This document shows positions 49,372 to 62,935 of a stretch of 64,000 bases of DNA, in pieces. Made by a program: the position numbers and the translations under genes. The stretch comes from Eledone cirrhosa (Eukaryota), in the NCBI GenBank assembly GCA_964016885.1, contig OZ024747.1:34162001-34226000 (forward strand). The letters run 5' to 3'. Each line of letters starts with the position of its first letter. The first letter of the stretch is position 1. The notes under the pieces were generated by a model. It did not search any database. It was not told the origin of the DNA and saw only the letters and a list, made by a program, of their open reading frames with translations.

Positions 49372-51525
49372 GTATGAGCCCGACAGCAGAGCTCAAGCCG
49401 CTTCGACGGCTATTTCTGGACTAAATTAGAATTTTTAGCCTGGAGAATAAATAGCCGAACTTGTCAAGGGGGTACTTCCTTATATGGGAAGATTGTAGTT
49501 GTCAAGAGGATTAGTTTAAATTTGTTGTAAACACAAATAAGTCTATCATGGCATTTGGTGGGATGTAGGGGTGGCTGAACTTGCCTGTAGAACAATCGGG
49601 GAGTGAGTGGAGTCGGTCAAGCATTGAAAGTGATATGTATACAGCAGATTCTAAGGATAGTGTATGAAATGGAGGAGGGAGGTTATAGATTAGGTAATTC
49701 GAATGAGAGTAGGAGACAATAAAAGATAATAGAAATAAATTAAAAAAATATATAAAATTAGTGAGAAATGAATAACATTTATTTTTTTAAATCACAATGC
49801 TATCTTACAATTACAGGTTAATAAGTTGAGAATAGAAAAAAATTGTAGAAATGGAGTAGTAATAAAACTGATATAAAATTAAAGGGGTCTAAAACATCTG
49901 CAATAAGTAGTTAGTAAAACGTATTCGGCCAATTCTATCTTAAATTTCCAGGGGTGAGGGAACTGATGCTACAGAGGCCCGCTAGGCGGCATCGTGGTAG
50001 GCGAAAGGGGAAAAGCAGACGAGGAAGAAAATAGGGGGTGGAAGGAAGTGATAGGATGAGACAGGGGGAAGAAGAAGACATAGAGGAAAATAAAAGAGAT
50101 ACATCTACCTATGTAAGCTGGGGTTTCCCCTAACTTATTCGGCGATTGAGGGCCTGGTTGTAATTAGGCGCATGTTCGTCGAATATCTGCTCATTAGCGG
50201 ACACACGAGATATGCGGAGGGAGATGTTTTTAACCAGGTTATTGGTGATGTTTAAAGGATGGTTAGATCGGAGGTGCATGTAGTGCAGGTTGTCGTTTGG
50301 TTTCCGGTATGCGTAGTACATATCATTTTTGAGGTTAAGGGAAATTAACTCGGGTTAGGGACGTTTGTAGGGCGATTTTAAATCGTATACAGTCCCGGAA
50401 GTGGTTGATTAGTTGTTTACGGACCCGATCTGTACTACTTACAACCAGGCCCTCAAGCGCAGTGGCTTCCGGGAGGAAATATCCTTTTATCCAGCTTCCC
50501 TTAGCGGAACCAGCAAGCGACACCGCCGCTCACGCAACGTGACGTGCTTCAATCCTCCCCATAATGCCGAGGTGGCAACATATATCGGGAAAATCTTCTT
50601 TAAGCTCCTCAAAAACACTTTCCACTACAAAACCGCTACCACAACATAATCAACAAAAATACCATCAAACTCTCGTACAGCACCACACCTAAATTCGCAC
50701 TAAACATCGTCTCCTCAAACAACAAAAACTCAACCCCTATGGAAGAAACAACCATCAGTGGAGAGCCAGCCAGGAGGTGTAACTGCCCTGATAGATCTAC
50801 GTGCCCCATCAATAACAAATGCCGAGAACGTAACGTCATCTACCAGTGCAACGTGAGGACGGACACCTCCAACAAAGCTTATATAGGATTAACCGCGTGA
50901 GACTTCAAGACCCGGCTCTACCAACACCGACATACTTTCCAAAACCCGGTCCGGCGATATGCCACTACACATTCGGGCCACAACTGGGACCTCCAAGATA
51001 ATAATATAACCTACAATCTCACTTGGAGCTTACTGTCCAGAGCTAACTCTTACACGAGAGGACGCCGTCCGTGTAACTTACGCTCAGAGGAAACATTACA
51101 AATGCGGTTTTCGAAGGACCAACTCCGAAAAAAGAAAGACGAACTTGTAACCGCATGCAAACACAGATTGCGTAGGACTTACCTCACCCTCAAACCCCAT
51201 AACGACCCGGGTGGGTAGAAACGGGCTGATATGTCTTCTTCTTCTCCCTGTCTCATCCTATCACTTCCTCCCCACTATTTTCTTCCTCGTCTGCTTTTCC
51301 CCTTTCGCCTACCCCGATGCAGCCCATCGAGCCACTGTAGCATCAGTTCCCCCACCCCTGTAATTTTAAGATGGAATTGGCCCAATACGTTTTACTAACT
51401 ACTTATAACAGATGTGTTAGACCCCTTTAATTTTGTATCAGTTTTGTTACTACTCCATTTCTACAATTATTTTCTATTCTCAACTTATTAACCTGTAATT
51501 GTAAGATAGCATTGCGATTTTTCTT
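49372..51525. mobile_element. Hydra-type PLE with complex inversion: pLTR (-) 49372-50120, RT fragment (-) 50135-50345, GIY-YIG part (+) 50436-51217, pLTR (+) 51230-51525
   Basis: Coding parts are closely similar to ORF 58242-59210; 49780-50095 is inverted relative to 51230-51525; decayed UUGACAA hammerhead at 49377-49473. Confidence 0.88.
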
Positions 51526-51529
51526 AAAA

Positions 51530-54500
51530 AAGTGGCGTTGAAGGTATTAAGATTTGTTTGGTTGTTGAATGTCACGCGAATAAGCACTATAAATTTCGTG
51601 CCAATTCGTGTTTCAAAAATTCTATTTTGATTGGTCGGTAGAAGTCACGTGAATGTTTAAAATGATTTTAGCGTGAGCTGGTTCTGCGCCAAATGTAGAT
51701 TTGTCGAAGAGTGTACTTTTCCGCTTGATTGAGTTGCAGTCATGTTGAGAGGTCAACAATTCAGGCGTCTATTAAGACAGATATATGTGTGTGTGTGTGT
51801 GTGGATGGACCAGTATTTTTGTGGTACTGGTAAAAATGGAGTATCTTATTTGATATTTTCAGTCATCTGCAAAAACGATTCTTTCAGAAGTACATCAATA
51901 ACATCAAAAATTAAAATGGTAAAATGATGTATAGTATTGTCATAACAACAAGGCGTGTATGAGTCCAGCCTGTACGTACTGAAAAGGGAATCCATTAGGC
52001 CTTGCCATATTGTATACTTGTGTACAAATATTTATGCACCCATCAATGTACAATACATGTATGCGTATGTGTATGTGTGCGTGTCGGCACGTGTATATCT
52101 ATAAACATCAAAAGGTATGCGAATTTGTGTATATTTGTGTTGCACCATAGAACATGTGTATTTACGTATGTCATTGTTTTTAGATGTGGATAGAAATGTA
52201 TGTAGGATGTATGCTGATTTAGGTATGTATGTCAACATGTGTATGTTGTGGGTTCGTCTTAGGAAGACGTGTTTAGACGGGGTCCGTATTTGTTAATAAA
52301 GTGATATTCCTTGCTGATGCTCTGGGTGTGGGTGGCATTATCTTTTCATTTGTAGAGGGGAAAGATTCTAAAGTTGAGATGATTTTGGACGGCACAGGTA
52401 TCAATGTGTTCACTCAGTGGTATTTTTCTATATTCCCGTATTTTGATTTGGGATCTATGGACAATCATGTGTTGGCGGAGGCTTTTTTTATTCTGGCCTA
52501 TGTATTGTTATCGACAGCCTGAGCAAGTTAATACATATATTAGTTTTTCTGATGCGCATTTTAAAATGTTTTTTTTACTATAACACATTGTCCTTGTTTG
52601 AAATAGAATTCCGAACCCTCTATTAGGTTGATGCATATACCACAGTTGGGTCTATCGCATTCTTTTACTGTGGGTTTCGTTGTTGTGGTTGGCAGTACTT
52701 TGGCATATGTTACGATGTTTTTCATTGACTTAGATTGTCTTTTGCTCTTTATGATATCGTGTGTTCGAAGGATTTGGTTCATTCTATGGTCCTTTTTTAA
52801 TACAGGGATGTTCTGGAGGATGGTGTCAAAGACCTTATTGTTGAGGGGGTTGTGTGTGGAGATGTATGGAAGAGCTTTTAGTTTCGGTTGTCTAACTTTA
52901 GGGTGTCTAAGGTCCTGGGTACTGAGTTTTAGGGCACGCTGGATTCCAGGTGTTGGATTCCAGGTATCCCATGACTAGGTTGTCATAAGTGGGGGCCGCT
53001 TTCGTTCCCATAGCGGTCCCAGATTTCTGCCTGTAGAATTTGTTATTAAAAACGAAGTAATTATTCTCCAAGATAAATTTGATTCCTTTTATCACGAATT
53101 CTTTTTTGATGCGTTGTGGGAGTTCATTGTGGTAATTATCCAGTCAGAATTGGATAGCTTCTATTCCTAGGTTGTGGGGGATGTTGGAGTATAGGTTGAT
53201 TACATCGAACGTCACTAGTAGGGTTTGTTCAGAAAGGGGCATGTTAGGGAGGTGATTGAGCATATCTAGGTCGTTCCTTATATAGCTTTTGATGTGTTTG
53301 AGAAAAGGATTGAGAAGGTATCAATGAAGTTGCTAAGGCGGTGGGTTTCGCAAGCGGGGCCTGCTATTATAGGTCTTAATTTGAGATCATTGGGTGTGGG
53401 GACATTGATGACTAAGTATGTGGCATCCTTGCATGCCTACTTATTAATTTGCTTTTATGTACTTTAGGGATACCGTAGAAAAGGCTGGATTTACTTGTGA
53501 AGTCTGTGATGAAGCTGAAATCCTTGTTAGTGAGTCCTTCTCTGTATGGGTTGATCAGAGTTTTTAGGTTTCTCATAATTTTCTGTTCAGCCGCTTCGTA
53601 GTATGATTCGTTTTCCAAAGTGGAGAGCGCTAAGTTGATATAGAATTCTGTCTCCATTAGGACTACTGCACTCCCTTTATCAGCCTCTTTAATTGTAATA
53701 GTTATGTCGGTTTTTAATCTATTTAATTCATCCCATTCTTTCTTGTTGAGGTTTGGCTTGTGCTTTTGTATGTGCAAGTGTTGGTAAGGGAAGTTTGTGA
53801 TGTCTTCACAGAATTCGTCCAGGATTTTATTTCTAACTTTTGTTGGGGTGTAGTTGCTTCTATTTCTGGCTAATGATTCATCCTCATTGTACTGGTCGAA
53901 TAGTTCCACACTGTGTCGTCAACTTCTACAGAATTCTGTGATGTCTTCGTTCATTTCATAGTAGTTTGGACGGAGGTGGGGTCAGTGCGAATTTAAGACC
54001 CTTGGAGAGTAAGTTGATAAGGTTTGGAGTTAGTTCTGCACTAGTTAAATTGATAAATGTTATTACTCTCGGTTTCTCCTCCCTGTCTTGTGTTATTTTG
54101 TTTGCCTGTATCTGTGTGCTGTGTCTAAAAAATGGTTGGGGTAGAAGGGTTGTCTGCTGATGTTAAGTGGTCTCTTTTTTTTGTTATATTCCTTGTTTTT
54201 GTAAAAAGTGGTTAGGGTTCGTGGTTATGGATTGAATGGGGTGGTCTTGTATTGCGAGTATGGATGTGTGTTTCTATGTGCCATGTTGGATTGTGGTATT
54301 ATAGGTGGCCTATGTTGTTGGTTGTATCGTGTGGTGTGGGTTGTGTTGTGTATTTTTGAAGCGAGAGTTGAGAAAATGGAAATTAACTTGCTGTCCTCTT
54401 GTGGCGAGGAAGTTGTTGCGTCTATCATGGTAGTGATATATTTCCCTGTTTGACGATGAGGCATCCGCGTAGTAGTTTAGTGATTTGGTATGGTATCTCC

Positions 54501-54860
54501 TGGAAGGGGGAAAGTTGTATATGTCATTCTGGGGGTGATGATTTCTACGGTTTTTGTTCCTCCTCATGGAAGCGAGGTTGGGAAGTTCATCTTCGGTGTG
54601 GTGCTTCCTTATTCTTTTGTTAGTAGTTGGGGGCTTTGCGAAGTTGTTGTGCAGTTGGGTTATGGGGTTTCCTATTTTTATGAACGGGTTATTGGAGGTG
54701 TAATCCGTTTGAAAAATCGATTCATAGCTTAGGAATCAAGCGGTACTTTTTTTCACAGCGTTGAAGGGATTTCAGCTCCTCTCTGTTGCAGTCCTCTTTC
54801 CATAATTTAGAGATCTTCTCTACGTTGGGGCCTTCAGTCTTATTGTAGATTTCAAGGAGG
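51530..54860 (-). mobile_element. Long decayed Neptune-type PLE with an internal RT deletion near 52945
   Basis: IKEADKGSAVVLM, FYGIPKVHK, GTAMGTKAAPTYDNLVMGYLE, ECDRPNCGICINL, YIGQ; the YxDD region is missing. Confidence 0.92.
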
Positions 54861-55019
54861 ATCTCTTCCTCGATGGTTTTGATTTTTTACTCACTTGTCT
54901 CGGCCCTCAATTTAAGAAGTTCAATTTCTGTCTTCACTTTTTCAAATATATATATATATAAAGTGAGAGAGAGAGTGAGAGATAGATAGATGGATAGATA
55001 GATAGATATATAGATAGAT

Positions 55020-55081
<62 letters not shown>

Positions 55082-55333
55082 TGTGTGTTTGTTATCTAAC
55101 CTGAACGTATTTTCGTTGTTTTGGTGCATTATGTGACTATGCCCGCCTGCCGCAGTTTTCAATTTGTCAAGCGATCTAACGTATGTTAATTACTCGTGGA
55201 TGATATACCCTATTGAATGCTTTGCTACACAAACCTAATTGAATATGGCTAGCTTGGCCACCGCCGAAACTTCGATTCTACTAATCTTCCATTCGTATAT
55301 ATATATATATATAAAGTTATGAAACGAACGGAG

Positions 55334-55420
<87 letters not shown>

Positions 55421-55431
55421 TGTGTGTGTGT

Positions 55432-55600
55432 GTTGGATTTAAGGCATGTTTGTCAATTGCAAATACCTACTATAAGTAGGGCCAAGAGCTGTGCTTTAGT
55501 TGTCAGAGATTATATGACACGCAACTGTTATATAGACTTTGACAACAGGCCTACTTGCATCCCGACAACAATAACCTTAGGATACACAGACACACACATA
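55432..55600 (+). repeat. Terminal repeat of a (CA)n-associated element (see 60560-61550)
   Basis: TTGTCAATTGCAAATACCT...GACAACAATAACCTTAGGATA matches the reverse complement of 60812-60945. Confidence 0.75.
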
Positions 55601-55714
55601 CACACACATACACACACACACTCACACAGCCACTCACACACACACACACGCGCGAGCGCACACGCGCACAGGCATACACACATACACACACACACTCACA
55701 CACACATATATATA

Positions 55715-56985
55715 TTATCTTGTGATGCTAATCTCCACCATTTGCAGACTGCGCGTCAACATGAGATATCTCTCCACAAAGTTCGATCACTAGCAGCAGA
55801 GTTCAAAGAGCAAAGGTCAAGTCCAGTCCACAACTTGACATTATCAAGTCCTTGTTTTGGCTGCCCACCTCTACTTCTCTTATCAGTCAACCTTCCTTCC
55901 AAGCATAACCTACTCACACCGCGAGTTGATCATTTTATATGACCGTATAATTTGAGTACTCTTGACTTGACAATTGATGTAATTGGTCTACGTTTGGTAA
56001 TGTTCAGCAGTTCACTGATACAGCTTCGGTCGCTGAGCCGCTTGCCAGTCATAAGTCTCATGATGTGGTGCTGGAATGTAGAAAGCTTCTGAAGTGACCT
56101 TGTCAGTCAAGTCCATATAACACATCTGGTAGCATGTAAGTTTCAAAGGTCTTAGCCTTCAAATCTTGAAAGCTGCCCAACTTAGAGCGATGCAATACCG
56201 CGCAGCAACCATTCCAATGTTGTTTGATGATAGCCTGTGACCGAGTTATACAAACTCCGTAACTTGAGCAATTTTCTGGTTGCAGATTGTGAGTTGGAGA
56301 TTCGCATTGTTTTTATCAGTTGTCCTACACTTTATTTTGGAGGTGTTGGTGTGTAAGCCAGCCTCCAGCGAATGTTGGCCAGTACATTCAGAAAGAATTG
56401 CAGATCACTTCTAGAGTAACTCATGATGGCCGGATTGTCTGCATAGCTAAGAATTTATGGGATTTTACCTCGTATTTGAAAGACAGAGGAGCATTCTTCT
56501 TCAGTTTGGTAGATAAGTGCAGCTATAACTATACAAAAAAGAAGTGCTGATAGTACATCCCCCTGCTTATCTCTCTTCAAGATGTCTATACAGCATGTAG
56601 TCTCCAAATCTGTTTTGATATATGCTGTTGAGTTGGTGTAAGTTTATTTCAGTAGGTTGATTTCCAGGTTGATACGCAGCTTGTGTTTCAGGAAATGAGG
56701 CGTAAAGATCTGACTTCATTCGTGCTGCGATGATACTCATGAAAGGCTTGTAAACGAGACTCAATAGGCTGATAGGACGATATTTCGCCTAATGAAATCT
56801 GCTACTTGTTTTGTAGAGTAGAACTATCAATGCTTCCTTGAACATGTCTGGGCTTTTCCCTATAGTGATAATACAGTTAAAAAGATGTTGAAGTGCTTTT
56901 GATAATTGGTTCACCTACAGCTTTGATGAATTCTGAGTATATGTTGTCCAGTCCAGGGCCTTTTCCACGTTTTAGATTTTATATA
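55715..56985 (-). mobile_element. Decayed RTE-clade LINE (RT to C-terminus, internally deleted)
   Basis: KRGKGPGLDNIYSEFIK, YRPISLLSLVYK, ETQAAYQPG; C-terminal RQPKQGLDNVKLWTG..ASDRTLWR. Confidence 0.85.
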
Positions 56986-57088
56986 TGAGTATCGTTAAAT
57001 TTGCAAATTTACTTATAATAATCTGGTAATTTCATTGATTATATAACAATGAAATATATATATATATATATGTATATGGACCAGTAAG

Positions 57089-57182
57089 ACCCCGACGGCT
57101 GAGCTCAAGCCGTTTCGACGGCTAATTCTGGACTAAATCAAAATTTATCCTGGTATTTAAATAGCCGAGCTTCTCAAGGGGT
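57089..57182 (-). ncRNA. Type I hammerhead, U3-A8 core variant
   Basis: Reverse complement of 59868-59961. Confidence 0.78.
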
Positions 57183-58241
57183 AATTCCATATATGGTCAA
57201 AGTGATTGTCAAAAGTTAGTAGTAATTCTGTGATTGCAAATTAGTAGGGGAGATGGTGGCTAAACCTGCCAGTAGGAGAAAAAGAGGAGGGGGTGGAGTA
57301 GACCCAATCATGCGTTGGTAGTGCCAGCTACAGCTGGGCATGAGGTCAAAGAAGATACTGGGGAGGGGGAGGGGGAGGAAGTCGAAACGGTAGGTAGAAC
57401 AATGAGGGGTAAACAAATATATATGAAAGAAAAAATACTGAGAGTGATGAAAAGCGAATAAGTCTCTAGCTATTGTTAGGCTAGATAAATAAATAAATAA
57501 ATAAAGAAAGAAAGAAATAAAGAAAGAAATAAAGAAATAACGAAATAAGTAAATAAACTAGGTGGGACGAAATAGGCAAGGACCCTTTTCAGAGGTATAA
57601 GTACGTAAATCATACGGTGACGGGTCAACAAATGGGGCCAAAATACTAAAGAAACTACCACGAAATAAATAATAAAGGTTTCTATCCAGGGCACAAGGCC
57701 AGCAACCACCCAGTGCAGCAAAGTAAACTAGTACGAAAAAAATATATACTAATGCTAACTCTAAAGGTACCGCCGCGCTACAAAAGATCTAATACAAGCT
57801 ACATGAGAGTTCGTACGAAGTAAAGGTAGATTACGGAAAAATAAATTCAGAATCCTACCCGCCCAAGTGAAAAGAAAGAAATACTGAAACGAGAAAATAA
57901 GGCATAAGTGCCACTAAGAAATATAGAAGGCACGGAAAATAGGGGGAGCGGTCGGAAAAAGGGGGCAAGTATCCGAAGTCTAACACAACTGCTATAAAAA
58001 GCGGAGTCCGCCAAATCTAGGGGGTGGGGGTACTGAGGCTACAAGGGGCCAAAGGGCAGCCTCGGATGGGCGAGAAAAGACGCCGACAAAGAAGAAGAAC
58101 TGGGGTAGAAGGACTAAGGAGGGATGGGGGAAGAAGGAAATAAAGGAAGCGATAGAAGAATAAAAAGAAGATCTTACGTCTCCCTTGGCAAGCAGGGTTT
58201 ACCCATTGCAAAATCGGCAAGTGGGGTGTTATAGCCCTAGT

Positions 58242-59380
58242 CTACACCCCCGGGTCATTATGGGGTTTGAGGGCGAGGTAAGTCCTACGCAATCTATGTT
58301 TACATGCAGTAACCAGTTCATCTTTCTTGTTTAGGAGTTGGTCCGTCGAAAACAGCATTTGTAAAGTTTCCTCCGAGCATAAATTGCACGGACGGCGTCC
58401 TCCCGTGTAAGAATTGGCTCTGGACAGTAATCTCCAAGTGAGATCATAGGTGATGTTGTTGTCCTTGAGGTCCCATATGTGGCCCGAAAGTGTAGTGGCG
58501 TGACGCCGGGCCGAGTTTCGGAAGGTATGTCGATGTTGGTATGGCCGGGTCTTGAAGTCACATGCGGTTGGTCCTATGTAAGCTTTGTTGGAGGTGTCCG
58601 TCCTCACGTTGCACTGGTAGATCACATTGCGGTCTCTGCATCTATTGTCGAGTGGGCAAATGGATCTATCCGGACAGTTGCACCTCCTAGTCGGCTCTCC
58701 ACTGCTATTTAGGTTATTTCTTCCATCGGGGTTGAGTTTTTTGTTGTTAGAGGAGACGATGTTTTGTGCGAAGTTTGGTGTAGTGCTGTAAGAGAGTTTG
58801 ATGGTATTTTTGTTAATTATGTTGTGGTAGCGGTGTTGTAGTGGGAAGTGTTTTTCAATGAGCCTAAAGAATAGTTTCCCGATGGGAGTTGTCACCTCTG
58901 CGTTGAGGGGAGGATTGAACCATGTTACATTGCGTGAACGGCGGTGTCTCCTGCTGGTTCCGCTAATGGGAGCTGGACAGTAGGATATTTCCTCCCGGAA
59001 ACCACTCAGCTTCAGGGCCTGGTTGTAATAAGGCGCATGTTCATCAAATATCCGCTCATTAGCTGACAAACGGGATATGCGGAGGGAGATGTTTTTGACC
59101 AGGTTGTTGGTGATGTTCCTAGGATGGTTTGATCGGCGGTGGATGTAGTGCAGGTTGTCATTAGGTTTCCTGTATGGGTAGTACAGGTCGTTTTTGAGGT
59201 CGAGGGTCACGTCCAGGAAGTTTACTCGGGTCAGGGACGTTTGTAGGGTTATTTTAAATCACCAGTCGCGGAAGAAGCTGATTAATTGTTTCCGGAACCG
59301 ATCTGTACTACTGGGGTTGTACCCTTTAAGGGTAAGGAGCCCATCATCACGGTACAATCCACCACCGAATGCATTGTACT
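58242..59380 (-). pseudogene. PLE polyprotein 3' half: RT motif YRDD, thumb, CxC-x4-C-x5-C linker, GIY-YIG endonuclease
   Basis: GGGLYRDDGLL upstream (one stop) joined to the 322-aa ORF: WFNPP, CNCPDRSICPLDNRC, VIYQC..AYIG, CNLC, LLNKKDE. Confidence 0.92.
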
Positions 59381-59465
59381 GAATGGATTGTACCGTGATG
59401 ATGGGCTCCTTAAAAGGGTCCTTGCCTATTCCGTCCCACCTAGTTTATTTACTTATTTCGTTATT

Positions 59466-59513
<48 letters not shown>

Positions 59514-59867
59514 TATTTATTTATCTAGCCTAACAATAGCTAGAAACTTAGGTCGTAGATCTTACTTTTATACTCTTTTCTCTTTACACTTATTCGCTTT
59601 TCATCAATTTCAGTATTTTTTCTTTCATATATATTTTTTTACCCCTCATTGTTCTACCTACCGTTTCGACTTCCTCCCCTCCCCCTCCCCAGTATCTTCT
59701 TTGACCTCATGCCCAGCTGTAGCTGGCACTACCAACGCATGATTGGGTCTACTCCACCCCCTCCCCTTTTTCTCCTACTGGCAGGTTTAGCCACCATCAA
59801 CCCGACTAATTTGCAATCACAGAATTACTACTAACTTTTGACAATCACTTTGACCAAATATTGAATT

Positions 59868-59961
59868 ACCCCTTGAGAAGCTCGGCTATTTAAATACCAG
59901 GATAAATTTTGATTTAGTCCAGAATTAGCCGTCGAAACGGCTTGAGCTCAGCCGTCGGGGT
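59868..59961 (+). ncRNA. Type I hammerhead, U3-A8 core variant
   Basis: ACCCC TTGAGAA G..CGGCTA...TAGCCG.C GAAA CGGCT-TGAGCTC-AGCCG TC GGGGT. Confidence 0.8.
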
Positions 59962-60064
59962 CTTACTGGTTCCTATTACACACTCTACTACCCTAAGTAT
60001 TGAGTACTTTGGTGCGTTATGGTCCACCTGGTTCCTTACCACGCTTCCTTCGTTATATATATGT

Positions 60065-60177
<113 letters not shown>

Positions 60178-60559
60178 TATATAAATTACAGAATAATTAA
60201 AACTTTGTTCAAAACATTTTATTGCTGACAATCGTTTCTTCCAAACTTTCCGGTGATTCCAAACGAAAGTTTATATATATATATATATAGTATAAAAGAG
60301 AAAACATAGGTAAGCATTAAGAAAAGGATTTTATCCAGGTATTTACGACCGTTTCATTGATAAGTGCAACCTTATATTGCTATACTGCAAATAGCAGCCA
60401 CTCAATGATAATTGTTGTTCACGTCCAAATGTTCAAAATAGTGAGTAAGTTACTCTTAAAAAAAGTTCTTACTATATATATATAGAGATACTGGCTTTCG
60501 TAACTACGAACTGGATCACAATAAGCAATTTCCTGCTTCCCTAACTATATATATATATA

Positions 60560-61550
60560 GACTCTGACAACCGGCTTACTTCCACCCCAACAACGATAAC
60601 CTTAGAATACAGACACACAGACACACACACACAAAGGCATAGACATACAAACACTCAAACACACACACACATATATATCTATGTGTGTGTGTGTGTGTAT
60701 GTGTGTGTGTGTTTGTGTCTGTGTGTGTTTGTGTCTGTGTCTGTCTGTGTGTGTGTGTCTGTGTGTGTGTGACTGTATGTTTCTGTGTGTGTGTGTGCGT
60801 GTGTCTATGTGTCTATATCCTAAGGTTATCGTTGTCGGGGTGAAAGTAGGGCTGTTGTCAGAGTTTATATAACATTTGCGTGCCCTGACAACCAAAGCCC
60901 TTGACCCTTCTTGCAGGAGGTATTTGCAATTGACAAAGACGTCTAAAATCCACGACTCCGTGTAAACAGAACTCGTAAGCCTTTGGTGGCTGTCTTTCTA
61001 ATATTGCTTCTGATTTCAAAACTAGGACTCAAAAATGGTCCTCCTTCATCGTAATCATAGAACCCATATGTGAAAGGAAACTCAGGAATTATTTGCTTGA
61101 AGTTAGGCCGAGAAGTAAGTTCAATAGGACGAAGAGAGAATGTTGCACAATATAATACATTATGTACAGATATATCTGTGAGAAGGTTTCTTGGCTTTCC
61201 TCCGATCATCGCCATGCAGTGTTGGCGCTTGGACGTAATTGTTAGATAAAGAACCCTTTAAACAAAACCGTGGTTAGCAGAGTGATATGAGCTACTACCA
61301 CATACGAAATGAGTTGAACCTCTCGCCGAAGGCAATGTTCGCAACATGAAATAAGTGTTAGGTGAGTGAATATTGCGGAATAGTATAGGGTGCATGCATG
61401 AGAAACACCTAATGCCTATGTAGTAATTTTGTAGAGTATGCATTATTATTGTCTCGTTAAATTTTTGGGCTCTCCTATTGCAGGGATTGAAACAGACACC
61501 GTAATCCATATACCATAAACCTAAAGTTAATCTAAATGAATTCAAATTCA
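60560..61550 (-). mobile_element. (CA)n-associated retroelement 3' end, possibly an RT-terminal (Naiad-like) PLE, with inverted tip
   Basis: 60560-60615 is inverted relative to 60812-60865 across a CA/GT run. Decayed frame FRLTLGL..FNPCNRRAQKFN..YSAIFTHL..NHGF resembles a PLE RT thumb with no downstream GIY-YIG. Confidence 0.4.
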
Positions 61551-61589
61551 ATACCTACTTTCAGTATTAATCGTTTTAGTTAGGGCAAT

Positions 61590-62197
61590 AGATTGACAGT
61601 GACGACAGAGCGTCAGTCAACATGCTTCAAGGCATATAGTTACGGCTCTATATTGTTCTGAGCTCAAATCTTACCGAGGTTTGCTTTGCATTTCAACCTT
61701 ACCGGCTCGATTTAATCAACTTTCCCCTCCCACCAAACATTTGTTGGCCTTGTATCAAAGTCAGAAACCATTATTAAATCGTTTCAGACATAAATATAAA
61801 TGTTATATTATCAAGAACGATTGTTGTGTCTAGGTAGTCATGTAGATTGTTGAAGGTGCTACAATGTATAAATGAGGCATTTGATCCTAAATTGATTTTC
61901 TTACTTAAAAAATATTGTATATAATTTTCCGTTTACTCAAGTAAAACATTTTATAATGGAATATATGGCCCACACCAAACTTACTTTGCATATAATTGTG
62001 TTACACCATATGCAATTCTATATTGTATTTTTATAGTTTTTATTCTAGAGTTACCGTTTATCGTCAAGTATTACAGATTATCAAGACGGATAGCATGCTT
62101 TGCAACATAGTTTTACGTCTATGTACGTTCTGAATTCAAATACCGTCAGGGTTAGATTTGCCTTTCCTCCTTACGGAGTCGATAAAATGAAGTACCA
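61590..62197 (+). mobile_element. Two old Meta-domain SINE remnants (61590-61772 and 62085-62197)
   Basis: TCTGAGCTCAAATC..TTTGCATTTCAACCTTACCGG and TTCTGAATTCAAATACC..CCTTTCCTCCTTACGGAGTCGATAAAATGAAGTACC. Confidence 0.65.
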
Positions 62198-62561
62198 TCC
62201 ACTAACATCACACTCTGGTAGTTTTTGTTGTCGTACCATAGGTTGACCGTATCTACATGTTAAATTGTTCTCTCTATTCTGTTCTACAGTTTGCTCCTAC
62301 ACATGTGGCATACTACATTCGATTTATTTTCTAAAATATTATTCAATTTGGCCCAGCTCCTTTGTGTACTCTGATCCTGTCTCTTTGGTTGTATCCATAT
62401 AGTGGATGAAGTGTTGTATGTGTAACTTTTTAATTTTTCAGGAAAGTACGTGCGGGACACGGGCAACACCACTCTTATAAAATGCACTATCAACATGATG
62501 TTTTTTTACTATCTGAAATTGCAAATCTTTGGTAGATCAGGTTGATGGAGGCAAATGTTTA

Positions 62562-62605
<44 letters not shown>

Positions 62606-62706
62606 GTATATATATATATGTAAAACGTAAACAGAAATAACAACACAATCGGCACAGTATATGGAAGGTATATATTAGATTAACGCTTGATATAGCTGGA
62701 AGAGGG

Positions 62707-62742
62707 TCTTAACGTTTTGGACGCTAGTTCTTCATCAGAAGA
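62707..62742 (-). ncRNA. Decayed minimal type I hammerhead in a pLTR fragment
   Basis: Reverse complement TCTT CTGATGA AGAACTAGCGTCC AAAA CG TT AAGA; G12 mutated, palindromic AACGTT stem III. Confidence 0.55.
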
Positions 62743-62879
62743 GATAATGAAACATACAATAGATTGAGGGGACGGGCGGGGTGGAATTGGAAAAATGTCT
62801 TTAGATAAAAATAACAGGTCTATTTATGTTGACATCTCTTGCAAAAAAAAAAAATATATATATATTTATTTATACATAC

Positions 62880-62935
<56 letters not shown>

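Larger units (their letters stand above)
57078..60053 (-). mobile_element. Young 5'-truncated Hydra-type PLE with a 3' pLTR and an inverted pLTR (59415-60053), embedded in (TA)n
   Basis: 57080-57590 and 59415-59970 are near-identical inverted copies; the long ORF lies between them. Confidence 0.93.

Noticed and set aside
60340-60430. Possible G3-C8 hammerhead (GTGAACA ... GAAACGGTC) on the minus strand
   Set aside because: Stems I and III are weak, the stem II junction is poorly defined, and there is only one copy, so no covariation support.
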